This document shows, one piece after another, positions 25,398 to 36,141 of a stretch of 64,000 nucleotides of DNA. The stretch covers positions 6,520 to 70,519 of IMG/VR virus record IMGVR_UViG_3300025466_001309; one strand, 5' to 3'. The translations under genes were made by a program, and so were the position numbers. Below the pieces are notes generated by a model. It searched no databases. It was not told where the DNA came from and saw only the letters and a program-made list of their open reading frames with translations. Origin of the DNA: a virus. Every line of letters starts with the position of its first letter. The first letter of the stretch is position 1.

Positions 25398-26183
25398 ATG
25401 AAAAGACACCTACTAATTATACTACGTACTTGTACTATTATCAACTCTGCCAGTGGCACCAATAGATACATACCTGTATCAAAACACGAACTAGTTCGAA
25501 CCTGCATCAGCAGTCTTGTGGACAGTATCAATCAAGTCAAAGATTATGATATAAATTTCGTTGTACTCGATGATCACAGCAGTACAGAAGCTGTTGATGA
25601 CATTCGACAAATCATCAGCCATTGCAAGTTCCCCACAGAGTTTATTGCCGTTGAGGATGGATCCGGTAATGGGCATACAATGAAACGAGTCTATGAGCAG
25701 GTTGAGGCCAAATGTCGAGATCTTTGGTATCATATCGAAGATGATTATTTACATGTGCCTGAAGCTATCAATGATATGATTGCCAGTGTTGATCAGTTTG
25801 AAGCCAACACAGGTAAATTGGTTGCCATCAATCCACACGATGATGTTTGGAGGTATACAAGAGAGATATATCATAGTATACTGTTATTAGGACCTTACAG
25901 ACATTATAGAACAGTACAACATACTACCTATACTTGTTTAGCCAGCCTTAAATTGTATCAACGATATCGAAGTGTGTTTCAAGATTTGGTTAAGTTTACT
26001 ATCAACAAAGAAGATTGGGTAGAAAATCGTTCTATCAATCAAATATGGCAACAACCTGATGTGATGCTGTTTAGTCCTATTCCGGGACTAGGGTTTCACA
26101 TTATGGATGAAAGCGGCAAGGATCCTTACTTTGATATTGACGCACTATGGAACAGTGTTCCTAAACTATGGATAAAAGAATGA
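25398..26183 (+). CDS. GT2-like glycosyltransferase
   Basis: LDDHSS, IEDDYLH. Confidence 0.75.
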   Translation: MKRHLLIILRTCTIINSASGTNRYIPVSKHELVRTCISSLVDSINQVKDYDINFVVLDDHSSTEAVDDIRQIISHCKFPTEFIAVEDGSGNGHTMKRVYEQVEAKCRDLWYHIEDDYLHVPEAINDMIASVDQFEANTGKLVAINPHDDVWRYTREIYHSILLLGPYRHYRTVQHTTYTCLASLKLYQRYRSVFQDLVKFTINKEDWVENRSINQIWQQPDVMLFSPIPGLGFHIMDESGKDPYFDIDALWNSVPKLWIKE

Positions 26184-27028
26184 AAGTATACGACTGTTTT
26201 ACATTTTTCAATGAATTAGATCTACTAGAAGTACGACTCGAAGAGTTATATGATGTTGTAGATTATTTTGTTATTGCTGAGGCTAATATGAGTCACAGCG
26301 GCAAGCCCAAAGACTGGATATTAGGGCCTAACATGGATCGGTTTGCTAAGTTTGCCGACAAGATTCGTTATTTACAAATTGAAGATTTTCCTGTGACTGA
26401 AAATAGTTGGGTACGTGAGAAATTCCAACGTGATGCATTACGTAGAGGATTGACAGATATGACCAATGATGATCTAGTTATCATCAGTGACCTGGATGAG
26501 ATACCACGTGCCGACATCATTGAACTTATCAAAGAAGACGAAAACATGTATGAACGTTATGTTCTACGTGTTCCATTATTCCGTTATAAATTTAATTTCC
26601 TTAAATGGTATCAACCTGTGATCAATCAACAAATGATTGTAACTCGAGGACATGTATTCACTAATCCAGAACGTGAGCGTGACTATACACATGCTTGGTT
26701 GCCCCCAGCACCGGACGTTGTTTATCTTGACCACGCAGGTTGGCATTTTAGTTATCTAGGTGATGATCGTAATGCTGTACACAAACTACAGAACTTTGCA
26801 CACACTGAACAAAACATCCCTGAGATTGTTGATGTATTCAGTATTGATCGCATGATTGCAGAAAAATGCGGACCCAATTCCAAAGACATTGAAAAGTTTG
26901 AGCACATTTTATTAGATGACTACTTTCCAAAGTGTGTTGTAGAAAATCAAGAAAAATACAAAGATCTGATTATTCCTAATGCTACTGTTTCAATCTATGA
27001 ATTCTATCCAGAAGAGGTTTCACAATAA
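26180..27028 (+). CDS. GT17 (MGAT3-like) glycosyltransferase
   Basis: YDCFTFFNELDLL, SDLDEIP, GWHFSY. Confidence 0.88.
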   Translation: MKVYDCFTFFNELDLLEVRLEELYDVVDYFVIAEANMSHSGKPKDWILGPNMDRFAKFADKIRYLQIEDFPVTENSWVREKFQRDALRRGLTDMTNDDLVIISDLDEIPRADIIELIKEDENMYERYVLRVPLFRYKFNFLKWYQPVINQQMIVTRGHVFTNPERERDYTHAWLPPAPDVVYLDHAGWHFSYLGDDRNAVHKLQNFAHTEQNIPEIVDVFSIDRMIAEKCGPNSKDIEKFEHILLDDYFPKCVVENQEKYKDLIIPNATVSIYEFYPEEVSQ

Positions 27029-27912
27029 TGAAAGTCTACGATTGTTTTAGTTTTTATAATGAATTTGAAATTTTAGAAATTAGACTGCAAGAACTTTGGG
27101 ATGTCGTTGATTACTTTGTATTAGTCGAAGCCAACACAACATTTGTAGGAAGTTCTAAAGAATATTTCTTTGAAAACAACAAAGAACGCTTTGCACCTTA
27201 TATGTCGAAGATACGTCATATTAAACTAGATGACAGCATTGAAACCCAACGTGAAGTATTCCCTAATCAGATAGATGATACCTGGGTACGTGAAAAGTAT
27301 CAGCGTTATGCCGCATACAAACAATTAGATGATATTCAACCAGAGGACCTAGTGATCATCAGTGACTGTGATGAAATTCCTCGTGCTGATATGATTGAAA
27401 TGATTAGAGATGATGAGAATGACTATGATAGATACATTATCTACATTGCACAGTTTAATTATAAAATCAATTACATGAAGATACAGCACCCTAGTAGTCA
27501 TCCTGCTATTATTGCTACTAGAGGTCGTGTGTGGACTAATCCTCAGCAGGAGCGTGAATACTCTTTCTATTGGAATCCTAAACCAGCAAATACAGTATCT
27601 GTACATCACGGCGGTTGGCACTTCACTTACTTTGGTAATGAAGATCATTGTGTTAACAAGATCAAGAGTTTTGCTCACACAGAACAAAATGTTCCAAAGA
27701 TTGTTGACGAGTACAATATTGCGTGGATGATTAGAAACAAGTATGGGCATGAGGGCATTGACAGCAAACACAACGAACGGTTTGAATATGTTGTAGTCGA
27801 TGAATATTTTCCTAAATGCATCTATGAAAATCTAGACAAATGGAGTCATATGATCATTCCAGACGCGGTATTCCATGTAGAAAATCTCTATAGAGAAAAT
27901 GAACAATATTAA
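27028..27912 (+). CDS. GT17 glycosyltransferase, tandem paralog
   Basis: YDCFSFYNE, SDCDEIP, GWHFTY. Confidence 0.88.
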   Translation: MKVYDCFSFYNEFEILEIRLQELWDVVDYFVLVEANTTFVGSSKEYFFENNKERFAPYMSKIRHIKLDDSIETQREVFPNQIDDTWVREKYQRYAAYKQLDDIQPEDLVIISDCDEIPRADMIEMIRDDENDYDRYIIYIAQFNYKINYMKIQHPSSHPAIIATRGRVWTNPQQEREYSFYWNPKPANTVSVHHGGWHFTYFGNEDHCVNKIKSFAHTEQNVPKIVDEYNIAWMIRNKYGHEGIDSKHNERFEYVVVDEYFPKCIYENLDKWSHMIIPDAVFHVENLYRENEQY

Positions 27913-27922
27913 AGGCAAATAA

Positions 27923-28702
27923 ATGACAACATTTTCACATTCGGGAACAACTGGAGATACATTTTGTTCTCTGGTAATTCCTAAGATAGTAGGCCAAGGT
28001 GAATTTTATCTTAAGTTAAACAATCTAGAGCATGTAATAAACAGTAAACTAGGATGGAGTAATAAAGGTAATCGTCATGAAGGTCGTATGACCGAGGAAG
28101 ATTATGAGGTGATGCGTGAGCTAATTCTACATCAAAAATACATCACCGATTTCAAAATATGGAACGGTGAAGACATTGACATTGAATTAGAAGATGCTTA
28201 TGATCATTTAGAAACAGGATTTTTTCCAAGGAACTTTAGCAATCAATATGCACTAGCCGCTGGAATAGATCCACAAAAACATTCTAAAGAATTACAGATG
28301 TTACCCTGGATGGAATGTCGAGAAGAACGCAGATTTCCCGGGCGTCCTATTGTAATTCATCGTAGTCCTAATTATCAGGAAGGTAATCCTGTAAAAAGCC
28401 CAACCTGGCAAAATTTTATAGATCGAGGACTAGTTGAACAGGCCGTGTTTGTCGGTAGTGAAAGTGATCATGACTATTTTGAAAATACATTTAAGGTCCG
28501 AGTACCTTACTATCATACACCAGACTGGATGGAATTAGCCCGCGTAATTCAAGGAAGCGAGCTAATGATTACCAGTATGGGTGGTCCTAGTGCTCTGTGT
28601 CTATGTTTAGGTAAAACAATGATGCTAGAGCCACGCAAAAACGAATCACATGAGCGTTTAGAAATAAACTATCCCATGAGAATTAACATACAATATTTTT
28701 AA
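27923..28702 (+). CDS. GT-B/GT9-like putative glycosyltransferase
   Basis: HSGTTGD N terminus, ELARVIQGSELMI; context. Confidence 0.55.
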   Translation: MTTFSHSGTTGDTFCSLVIPKIVGQGEFYLKLNNLEHVINSKLGWSNKGNRHEGRMTEEDYEVMRELILHQKYITDFKIWNGEDIDIELEDAYDHLETGFFPRNFSNQYALAAGIDPQKHSKELQMLPWMECREERRFPGRPIVIHRSPNYQEGNPVKSPTWQNFIDRGLVEQAVFVGSESDHDYFENTFKVRVPYYHTPDWMELARVIQGSELMITSMGGPSALCLCLGKTMMLEPRKNESHERLEINYPMRINIQYF

Positions 28703-28711
28703 GGAATTACA

Positions 28712-29260
28712 ATGGAACACTTTTATCGAGATATACCCGGCTGGTTTAGCTATGAGTACGTATACAGAGACATGGTCAAACAAGCCGATGACGATAGTTT
28801 ATTTGTTGAGATAGGATCTTATAAAGGGATGTCTACAGCATTTATGGCAGTAGAAATTATCAACAGCGGTAAAAACATTCGTTTCGAATGTATAGATCCG
28901 ATGGAGATGGGTGTGGGAAGTTGGACCTGTAATGAAGATGAACAGCAAGGATATACTGAAGCAGATTTTAACGAGCGACTTGCGTCAGTCAAAGGTTATT
29001 ATAAGCTACACAAAATGTCCAGCAATGATGCTGTAAATTCTTTTGAAGATGGTAGTATAGACTTCCTAATGATCGATGGCGATCATAGTTATGAAGCCGT
29101 TAAACAAGATATTGAAAATTATCTACCTAAAATGAGGTCAGGCGGATTAATGGTGGGCGATGATGCCTATGAACCCGATATTCAGCGAGCATTGGAAGAC
29201 GCTGCCGGACATCTAAACCCTACAAATAATGGGGTACAGTTTTTTATCAGCATTCCTTAA
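28712..29260 (+). CDS. class I SAM methyltransferase (Methyltransf_24)
   Basis: VEIGSYKGMS, IDGDHSYE, GDD. Confidence 0.88.
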   Translation: MEHFYRDIPGWFSYEYVYRDMVKQADDDSLFVEIGSYKGMSTAFMAVEIINSGKNIRFECIDPMEMGVGSWTCNEDEQQGYTEADFNERLASVKGYYKLHKMSSNDAVNSFEDGSIDFLMIDGDHSYEAVKQDIENYLPKMRSGGLMVGDDAYEPDIQRALEDAAGHLNPTNNGVQFFISIP

Positions 29261-29979
29261 CCTGCATCACCGCGTATAGATATTCTAAAGTTGCCCGGTG
29301 TTATAAAGACATTGTTTTGTCTTAAATGTAACGCTAGGGCACTTTCTGTATGCCAAGATTGAACTGTCTGAGTAAAAAAGTTTGTAGTAGCATGGTTGAA
29401 CATATCACAATAAATGCTCATATGTTCTGAACATGCTATTGCAAACATATCGCACATTTGCGGACTATCTGGGCTTAGATGTAGGTGCCCTGCAATCTTA
29501 TTTCTAGGAGTAATTATTGCTATTTTTAAATCCTCTAAATTAATAGTGGAAAGATCTAACTCATCCACCAATCCAATATCTGGGCGTATCCTTACAATCA
29601 TATCATACTTGACAGTATTTTCTATTTCAAAATTAAGTCTTAACTGATTAACTTTATAAAGGTTATACCATAATTTGTATGCAGGAGTAGGAATACCTTG
29701 TGGCTCTTTAGGTAACTCTACATAATCACTATCCGATAGTTCAAATGATCTAACAAAATTATTTAGGGGCAACATGGCTTGTAGATTAGCAGATGCTTGA
29801 TTAACATCAGTAATCTTCCTCCAGGCATCTGACGGTAATTTATTATGAGGTATATGTTGATTATCTCCGGTGAAATAGCAGAACCAGTCTGCTTGATCAT
29901 ATCCTTTGATGTTGTTTAATAATAAATTAAAATCATCAGTAAATCTCGGTTGTCCACAAATTAGTATAGCAATTTTCAT
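29257..29979 (-). CDS. putative glycosyltransferase, GQPR family
   Basis: CGQPRF, YDMIVRIRPD. Confidence 0.7.
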   Translation of the reverse strand: MKIAILICGQPRFTDDFNLLLNNIKGYDQADWFCYFTGDNQHIPHNKLPSDAWRKITDVNQASANLQAMLPLNNFVRSFELSDSDYVELPKEPQGIPTPAYKLWYNLYKVNQLRLNFEIENTVKYDMIVRIRPDIGLVDELDLSTINLEDLKIAIITPRNKIAGHLHLSPDSPQMCDMFAIACSEHMSIYCDMFNHATTNFFTQTVQSWHTESALALHLRQNNVFITPGNFRISIRGDAG

Positions 29980-29983
29980 AAAA

Positions 29984-30733
29984 TTAATTCCATCTTCTAT
30001 CAATAGGAAATTGTCTAATATTCGAATTAAAATCTCCTTTGATTGTTTTAATTTTATTTTTAGACAAATGATAAGCCAACAAAGTTTCTGGATGAAACCA
30101 AACACCTGCATCATTGTATTTTTTCATAGAATGAATTGTAGTGGAATAGACATTCATAGCTGGTTCTTTGCCAATAGCTAATAAATCATTAGACCAATAA
30201 TCTCCCACTATACTACTCCACCCATTTGGCACACCATTCCAATCATTTTTAGGCATTATAATTTCATCATCATGTATATTAAGAGTAGATACATCCAAAT
30301 ATGAATTGATACTAACATCAGATCTTACACGTATGATAAGGTCATATACCACTCCATTAGTTTCCTGATAATGTTTTCTTAATTCATTGACCTGAAATAT
30401 ATTATAATGCATCATAAAGACTCTTTCAGGAACGTCAACCCAAAAAAGGTCTTTAACCTGTGGCCATTGCTGAAGATGACTGTTAGATATTTCAAACCTT
30501 TTAATAAAATTATTTTTTGGAAGTTTTGATGATATTTTACCTATTGCCCAGTCTGCATCAAAATTTTCCCAAGAGTCTGAAAATTGTACTCCTTCTTTAG
30601 AAAGAGTTGTATGATTGGTATTAGACAAATAAATGAACCAATCTGCAGATTCATATCCTATTAAATTTTCTAAAAATAAATTAAAATCTTGAGTAAATCT
30701 TGGTTGTCCCGAAAGTTGTATAGCAATGTTCAT
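29984..30733 (-). CDS. putative glycosyltransferase, GQPR family
   Basis: SGQPRF, YDLIIRVRSD, FHPETLL. Confidence 0.7.
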   Translation of the reverse strand: MNIAIQLSGQPRFTQDFNLFLENLIGYESADWFIYLSNTNHTTLSKEGVQFSDSWENFDADWAIGKISSKLPKNNFIKRFEISNSHLQQWPQVKDLFWVDVPERVFMMHYNIFQVNELRKHYQETNGVVYDLIIRVRSDVSINSYLDVSTLNIHDDEIIMPKNDWNGVPNGWSSIVGDYWSNDLLAIGKEPAMNVYSTTIHSMKKYNDAGVWFHPETLLAYHLSKNKIKTIKGDFNSNIRQFPIDRRWN

Positions 30734-30777
30734 ATCAATATTTAAACAAGAGAATTAAATGCGTAGTAAATACTGAT

Positions 30778-31542
30778 ATGAAAATAGCATTGATAACCAG
30801 TGGCCTGCCTAGATTTACACAAGACTTCATTGACTTGATGCATAAGGTAACAGGTTTCTCTGATACAGCAGATTTCTATATCTGCATGTGGAAAACCGAA
30901 TGGGCTACTATTGATGACCAAGCAAGACAAAAAATAGAAAGAATATTGCTACCTAACTATAGATTAGCTAAAATCAAAATAGTCGATGAACCGCCCTATG
31001 AATTGCCACCTCATACATTTAATCTAGCACCCCCTCATCCTGAAAATACAACATGGTGGTATAAACGTATATTTGCACAATTTACAGGTCTTGCAATGGC
31101 CTACGATTTAATTGATCAAGATTATGATGCCGTGATTAAATTTAGAGTTGATGGATCTATAATGAATCCATTAGATGTTCGAAGTTTGAATATTGATCAA
31201 CATCCGTTGATATTTCCATCTAACAATGGTGCCGGATTTGATTTTTGTCCGTTAAGTGATTTATTTTTTGTAGGAACCCCAGACGCTATGAAATTCTATT
31301 GTGATCTCAGCAAAGAGTTTAAAGAATTAGTTCCTGCGGCGGATCCTACTTGGGGAGATTCTGATATTGTCGACGGAACCTGGACATGGGGTACTGAACA
31401 CTTAATAGGTTATTATATGAGGAAATATAATTTTCCAATAGCATATGGAGATTTCCAGGTAACTTTAAACACTCAAGGAAGGTCGAAATATACAGATAGA
31501 CATCCTCATCATAGAATAGTTGTTGATCCAACCGAAATATAA
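30778..31542 (+). CDS. putative glycosyltransferase, GxPR family
   Basis: SGLPRF, YDAVIKFRVD. Confidence 0.7.
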   Translation: MKIALITSGLPRFTQDFIDLMHKVTGFSDTADFYICMWKTEWATIDDQARQKIERILLPNYRLAKIKIVDEPPYELPPHTFNLAPPHPENTTWWYKRIFAQFTGLAMAYDLIDQDYDAVIKFRVDGSIMNPLDVRSLNIDQHPLIFPSNNGAGFDFCPLSDLFFVGTPDAMKFYCDLSKEFKELVPAADPTWGDSDIVDGTWTWGTEHLIGYYMRKYNFPIAYGDFQVTLNTQGRSKYTDRHPHHRIVVDPTEI

Positions 31543-31545
31543 ATT

Positions 31546-32397
31546 ATGACTATTTTATTATTAGGCGACTCACATTCTGATATATTCTTGAGTATACCCA
31601 ATACTTCAAGATTTGACCTAGGTGCTTGCGAATTAAAAGTATTTACAGCACATAGATTTGTAAATCCCAATGACACAGACCTTTGGTCAAAATTAACACC
31701 TTGGTTTGAACAACAAACAGAAAATAATAAAACATTGATCATAACTTCAGGCGAAATAGATATTCGTGCTCACTATTGGAAACACATGTTGCCTTACGGT
31801 AATCTACTACAATATATTACAGATAATGCTACAAAATTTTATCACGCATTACAGCAGTTAGTTGAAAAATATAAATTAGAACATATAGTAGTTTGGGGTC
31901 CTCCTGTAGCCGAAGAACGTGCTCGATATGTTAGTGAATATCCGTTTGGTGGCTCATCTTATACACGAAATCTAATTGTTCACTGTTGGAATAGAGAATT
32001 TAATAGATTAAGTTTTAATAACTCTACCATTACACTAGCCACAGCATATTATAATTTTATTGATTTTGATACTTATCGAAGTATAGAACCTTCTGGATCA
32101 CACGATGGAGTGCACTGGCATCCTAGTAGCGGTCCTACGTTTTGGGAACATTTTATAACACCTGCTATGTCGGGTAATAAAATTGTTATTGACAATGAAG
32201 ATCAAATAGCACTTGTAGAAAAAACATCTACGGGCGAACATCAATATGATACATGGGCACGTACTGACCAAATTATTAGTCTTGACAATATCAGTAAAAG
32301 TGTTATAATTAAAGATAATTCCTATTCCTGGGTTAGGGCAGAACAACGAAATCAATTACCCCAACAATATAGAGAATTAGGACTACAAAAAATATGA
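31546..32397 (+). CDS. SGNH-like hydrolase/acyltransferase
   Basis: GDSH, GEID, DGVH. Confidence 0.7.
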   Translation: MTILLLGDSHSDIFLSIPNTSRFDLGACELKVFTAHRFVNPNDTDLWSKLTPWFEQQTENNKTLIITSGEIDIRAHYWKHMLPYGNLLQYITDNATKFYHALQQLVEKYKLEHIVVWGPPVAEERARYVSEYPFGGSSYTRNLIVHCWNREFNRLSFNNSTITLATAYYNFIDFDTYRSIEPSGSHDGVHWHPSSGPTFWEHFITPAMSGNKIVIDNEDQIALVEKTSTGEHQYDTWARTDQIISLDNISKSVIIKDNSYSWVRAEQRNQLPQQYRELGLQKI

Positions 32398-33107
32398 ATA
32401 TCGTAATACCGATGGCTGGCCTAGGCAGCCGCTTTCCCCGAGATAAGTTTTATCTTCCAAAGCCCTTAATTGATGTTAATGGCAAACCAATGATACAACG
32501 TGCAATTGAAAGTCTAGATATAGATGGACAATATTATTTTACTCTAAGAAATGATGAGTTCCTTGGCATACAGAAAGATGTCATCCGTAAAATTGTCAAA
32601 GATCCTGTGTTTATCACAGTTGATAAAACCACAGAAGGGCCTGCTTGTTCGGTCCTGCTATTTAAAGACTATATCAATACAGATGACGAGTTGGTCACTG
32701 CTAATTGCGATCAGGTCATGGATTGGTCAAGTAAGTTATTTTTCCATAATGTTAGACTTTATGACGGTGCGGTAGTAACATATTATAGTGATACTGATAA
32801 AAACAGTTACGTTAAGTTAGATCGTACAGGTCGTGCTATACAATTTGCCGAAAAAGAAGTTATCAGCAATATTAGCCTAAATGGTATTCATTATTGGAAA
32901 CAAGGCAAATATTTTGTTGATAGTGCAGAGGCAATGATCGCTGCCAATGACCGTGCACCTAATGGCGAATTTTATATTTCAATGACCTATAATTACATGA
33001 TCGCCGCAGGACTAGAGTGCGGTATATTTCACATACCTAATGAGTGTCATCATGCAGTTGGAGTTCCTGTAGATTTAGAAAGATTCCTAAAACATGATAA
33101 AACATAG
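32394..33107 (+). CDS. sugar nucleotidyltransferase-like protein
   Basis: IPMAGLGSRF..PKPLI, NCDQ, EK, NGEFY. Confidence 0.88.
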   Translation: MNIVIPMAGLGSRFPRDKFYLPKPLIDVNGKPMIQRAIESLDIDGQYYFTLRNDEFLGIQKDVIRKIVKDPVFITVDKTTEGPACSVLLFKDYINTDDELVTANCDQVMDWSSKLFFHNVRLYDGAVVTYYSDTDKNSYVKLDRTGRAIQFAEKEVISNISLNGIHYWKQGKYFVDSAEAMIAANDRAPNGEFYISMTYNYMIAAGLECGIFHIPNECHHAVGVPVDLERFLKHDKT

Positions 33108-33417
33108 AATAGAAGATTTTACAAGAGGATGGCTCATTGGTAACTTTGAACCGTCTTTATTAAAAACCCCAGATTTTGAAGTAGGCTTACTAACACATAA
33201 AAAAGGTGAAGTATGGCCTAAACATTATCACAAGATAGGCACAGAATACAATGTATTAATCAGTGGCAGTATGACAGTAGACGGCACGTTGATGGAACCG
33301 GGAGATGTATTTGTATTCCATCCAGACGATATAGCCGATCCTGTTTTTCACGAAGACTGCAAAATATTATGTGTAAAAACCCCAAGTATACCAGGAGATA
33401 AGTATGAAGTTTTATAG
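33094..33417 (+). CDS. cupin-fold protein
   Basis: GWLIGNF, HYHK..TEYN. Confidence 0.8.
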   Translation: MIKHRIEDFTRGWLIGNFEPSLLKTPDFEVGLLTHKKGEVWPKHYHKIGTEYNVLISGSMTVDGTLMEPGDVFVFHPDDIADPVFHEDCKILCVKTPSIPGDKYEVL

Positions 33418-34594
33418 AGAAAGACTAGAGATTGATTTAGAAAAATATTATATTGCTACCTATGAAATGGCAAGTTCAACCTCATTAAAAGATGCGGCTT
33501 GGAATTTAGCTATTGGACAGAGTGTAGGTAATCCCAATGTGCGGAACGAATGGGAAACAGATGATCTGTTTGAAAATAACAGTTGCATCATTGTCGGCAA
33601 TGAAAAGAAACTAGAAAAATCTACAGAAGGTATTGTAGAGATCGCTTTCCCTGTTATCAACACAGATTGGAAAACTGATGGTATTAGTCATATGCTTTGT
33701 CAATTAATGGGCGGACATGTTGATATTGATATTATTACAAAGTGCCGTTTAGTTAAATTAGAGTTACCAGAGACGGTAACAAAACATTTTAAAGGTCCAA
33801 AGTTTGGCATTACTGGTATTCGTAAGTTTACCAAACAATACGACAAGCCTATTTTTGGTAGCATCGTAAAACCTAAAATTGGTATTACTCCTAAAGTATT
33901 ATTAGAAATGGTCAAGCAAATGGTTGACGGTGGAGTTGACTTCATCAAAGAAGATGAGATTATGAGTAATCCTGCTTTCTGCAAATTAGAAAAACGTGTT
34001 GATTTAATTGCCAACTATCTAGCCAAACAAAGTCGTAAAGTTATTTTCTGCCATACTATTAACTGTGATCCACACGTATTGGTTGACAGAGTTAATATGG
34101 TACACCAATTAGGCGGCAACGGTGTCCACATTAATGTGTTCAGCGGCTATGGTGCTTATAACAGTATCCGTAAACAAAATTTGCCATTGTTCCTGCACTA
34201 TCAAAGTTCTGGTGCTAAAGTTACTACTGATGTAAATCACAGATTCAGTATCAGCTGGCCTGTTATGTGTCAGTTGGCTACATTGATGGGTGCTGATACA
34301 ATCCAAACAGGTATGGTTGGAGGATACAGCAATGATGATCCAGAAGAGATTAAACAGTGTTTAGATATCCTACGTGCTGGTAATACACTACCAACACTGA
34401 GCTGTGGTTTCCATCCTGGACTGTTAAATAAAGTATCTAGTATTGCTGGTAATGATTATTTGGCAAATGTAGGTGGTGCTGTACATGGACATCCAGGCGG
34501 TACTCGTGCAGGTGCAACAGCTATGCGTCAAGCCATTGATAAAACCTATGGTCCCGAATATGATGAGGCTATTGCCAAGTGGGGTCTAGCATAA
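33404..34594 (+). CDS. RuBisCO-like protein (non-carboxylating)
   Basis: IVKPKIG, GGVDFIKEDE, GGAVHGHPGG; H294/R295/H327/K334 equivalents replaced. Confidence 0.92.
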   Translation: MKFYRERLEIDLEKYYIATYEMASSTSLKDAAWNLAIGQSVGNPNVRNEWETDDLFENNSCIIVGNEKKLEKSTEGIVEIAFPVINTDWKTDGISHMLCQLMGGHVDIDIITKCRLVKLELPETVTKHFKGPKFGITGIRKFTKQYDKPIFGSIVKPKIGITPKVLLEMVKQMVDGGVDFIKEDEIMSNPAFCKLEKRVDLIANYLAKQSRKVIFCHTINCDPHVLVDRVNMVHQLGGNGVHINVFSGYGAYNSIRKQNLPLFLHYQSSGAKVTTDVNHRFSISWPVMCQLATLMGADTIQTGMVGGYSNDDPEEIKQCLDILRAGNTLPTLSCGFHPGLLNKVSSIAGNDYLANVGGAVHGHPGGTRAGATAMRQAIDKTYGPEYDEAIAKWGLA

Positions 34595-34621
34595 ACAATT
34601 TTTAATAAAGGAATTTAAATT

Positions 34622-35236
34622 ATGAAATGGCAACAAGATCTAATAAAAGATATAAGAACAAACAGCGGATATGATGATGCAGACGGAAATGCCGGTGGTC
34701 GTATCATTAGAGATATTAAGGGAGATTACACATGGAGAGAATTTTCAGAAGGTAACCGAGAAGCTCTAACTGAATATTTCCTTAAAACTAAAGATACATG
34801 TAGAGCTATCTTAGAAATAGGTGTAGCTAGAAATGCCAGCGAAAGCTCTTGCCATGTGTTTTTAGGTAACAAAAAAGATGAAACTATCTATGTAGGTATT
34901 GATATAGATGATAAAAGTTTTCTCAACGATGCCAATAAGAATATTTTTACTATTCAAAATACCAGCAGTGATGTTGAAAACAATATAGAAAAAATTAAAT
35001 CATTCGGAGTAACGGAATTAGATTTTATTTTCATCGATGGATGGCATAGTATCAATCAAGTCTTAACAGATTGGGAATACACTCAGATATTGTCTTCTAA
35101 CGGAATTGTAGCATTTCACGATATATCCGAGCATCCCGGTCCTTATCACTTTATAAGAAATCTAGATACAAATGTATGGAATGTTGATCTACGATGCCTC
35201 AATGATTGGGGTATAGGATTTGCCTGGAAAAAATAA
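34622..35236 (+). CDS. class I SAM methyltransferase
   Basis: LEIGV, FIDGWHS, FHD. Confidence 0.85.
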   Translation: MKWQQDLIKDIRTNSGYDDADGNAGGRIIRDIKGDYTWREFSEGNREALTEYFLKTKDTCRAILEIGVARNASESSCHVFLGNKKDETIYVGIDIDDKSFLNDANKNIFTIQNTSSDVENNIEKIKSFGVTELDFIFIDGWHSINQVLTDWEYTQILSSNGIVAFHDISEHPGPYHFIRNLDTNVWNVDLRCLNDWGIGFAWKK

Positions 35237-35283
35237 ACTATATAGCACACAAAGGACTCGCAGAAAGTCCTAACTCAGCATAA

Positions 35284-36009
35284 TTAATTCCATTTCGAAT
35301 CAAGAGGAAATTGTCGAATAGTTGATTCAAAGTTTCCTTTGATTGTTTTAATATTGTTGGCTAGTAGATGATGTCCTAATAGTGTTTCCGGATGGAAAGC
35401 AATACCCGAATCGTTATATTTTTTTATTGAATTCACAATATCACAGTAGGTAGTAACTGATTGATCTTTGCCAATGGCAAATTGATCATTGGCCATTAAT
35501 CCAGGAAATCCAAACCAGCCGTTGCTAGGCATATATATTTCATTGTCATTAATAGTTAGTTGAGACATGTCTATAGGACTGTTAAGGTTAGAGTCAGATC
35601 TTACACGAAGTATAAAATCATATTCAACATTTTGTTGTCTTTGAAAATCTATCCTCAGTTGATTTGATTTTAACAGATTATAGTACATCATCCATACTCC
35701 CTCTACACTAAATGTACAGTGTACGTTGGATACTGGGGGCCATTGTTGGAGATGACTATCAGAGATTTTAAATCTCTGTATAAAATTATTTCTTGGAAGA
35801 TTTGATGAAATTTTATTTATTGCCCAATCAGCATCAAAATCTTTCCAAGATTGAGAAATCTCTACTCCATCTTTAGTACGATGAGTATGAAATTTATTCG
35901 ACAAATAAATGAACCAATCGGCTTGATCGTATCCTATTAAGTTTTCTAAAAGTAAATTGAAATCTTGAGTAAACCTTGGTTGTCCGGAAAGTTGTATAGC
36001 TATTTTCAT
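35284..36009 (-). CDS. putative glycosyltransferase, recent duplicate of 29984..30733
   Basis: near-identical N terminus and upstream DNA. Confidence 0.75.
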   Translation of the reverse strand: MKIAIQLSGQPRFTQDFNLLLENLIGYDQADWFIYLSNKFHTHRTKDGVEISQSWKDFDADWAINKISSNLPRNNFIQRFKISDSHLQQWPPVSNVHCTFSVEGVWMMYYNLLKSNQLRIDFQRQQNVEYDFILRVRSDSNLNSPIDMSQLTINDNEIYMPSNGWFGFPGLMANDQFAIGKDQSVTTYCDIVNSIKKYNDSGIAFHPETLLGHHLLANNIKTIKGNFESTIRQFPLDSKWN

Positions 36010-36052
36010 ATCAATATTTATTGTTAGAGAATTGGTTAACTATAAATATTTT

Positions 36053-36140
36053 GTGAATAAACTTATTATATTTGACCTCAACGGGGGTTCTTATAGAAAA
36101 CAACCCGGACAATTTTTTAAAAAATTATATGAAAGAATAA
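36053..36140 (+). pseudogene. deletion scar of a HAD-phosphatase / nucleotidyltransferase gene
   Basis: GTG NKLIIFDLNG, frameshift, GVLIE...NFLKNYMKE stop; TATAAATA upstream. Confidence 0.5.
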
Positions 36141-36141
36141 G

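Noticed and set aside
33404-34594. CO2-fixing RuBisCO
   Set aside because: Loop-6 Lys and key His/Arg residues absent; no small subunit or PRK
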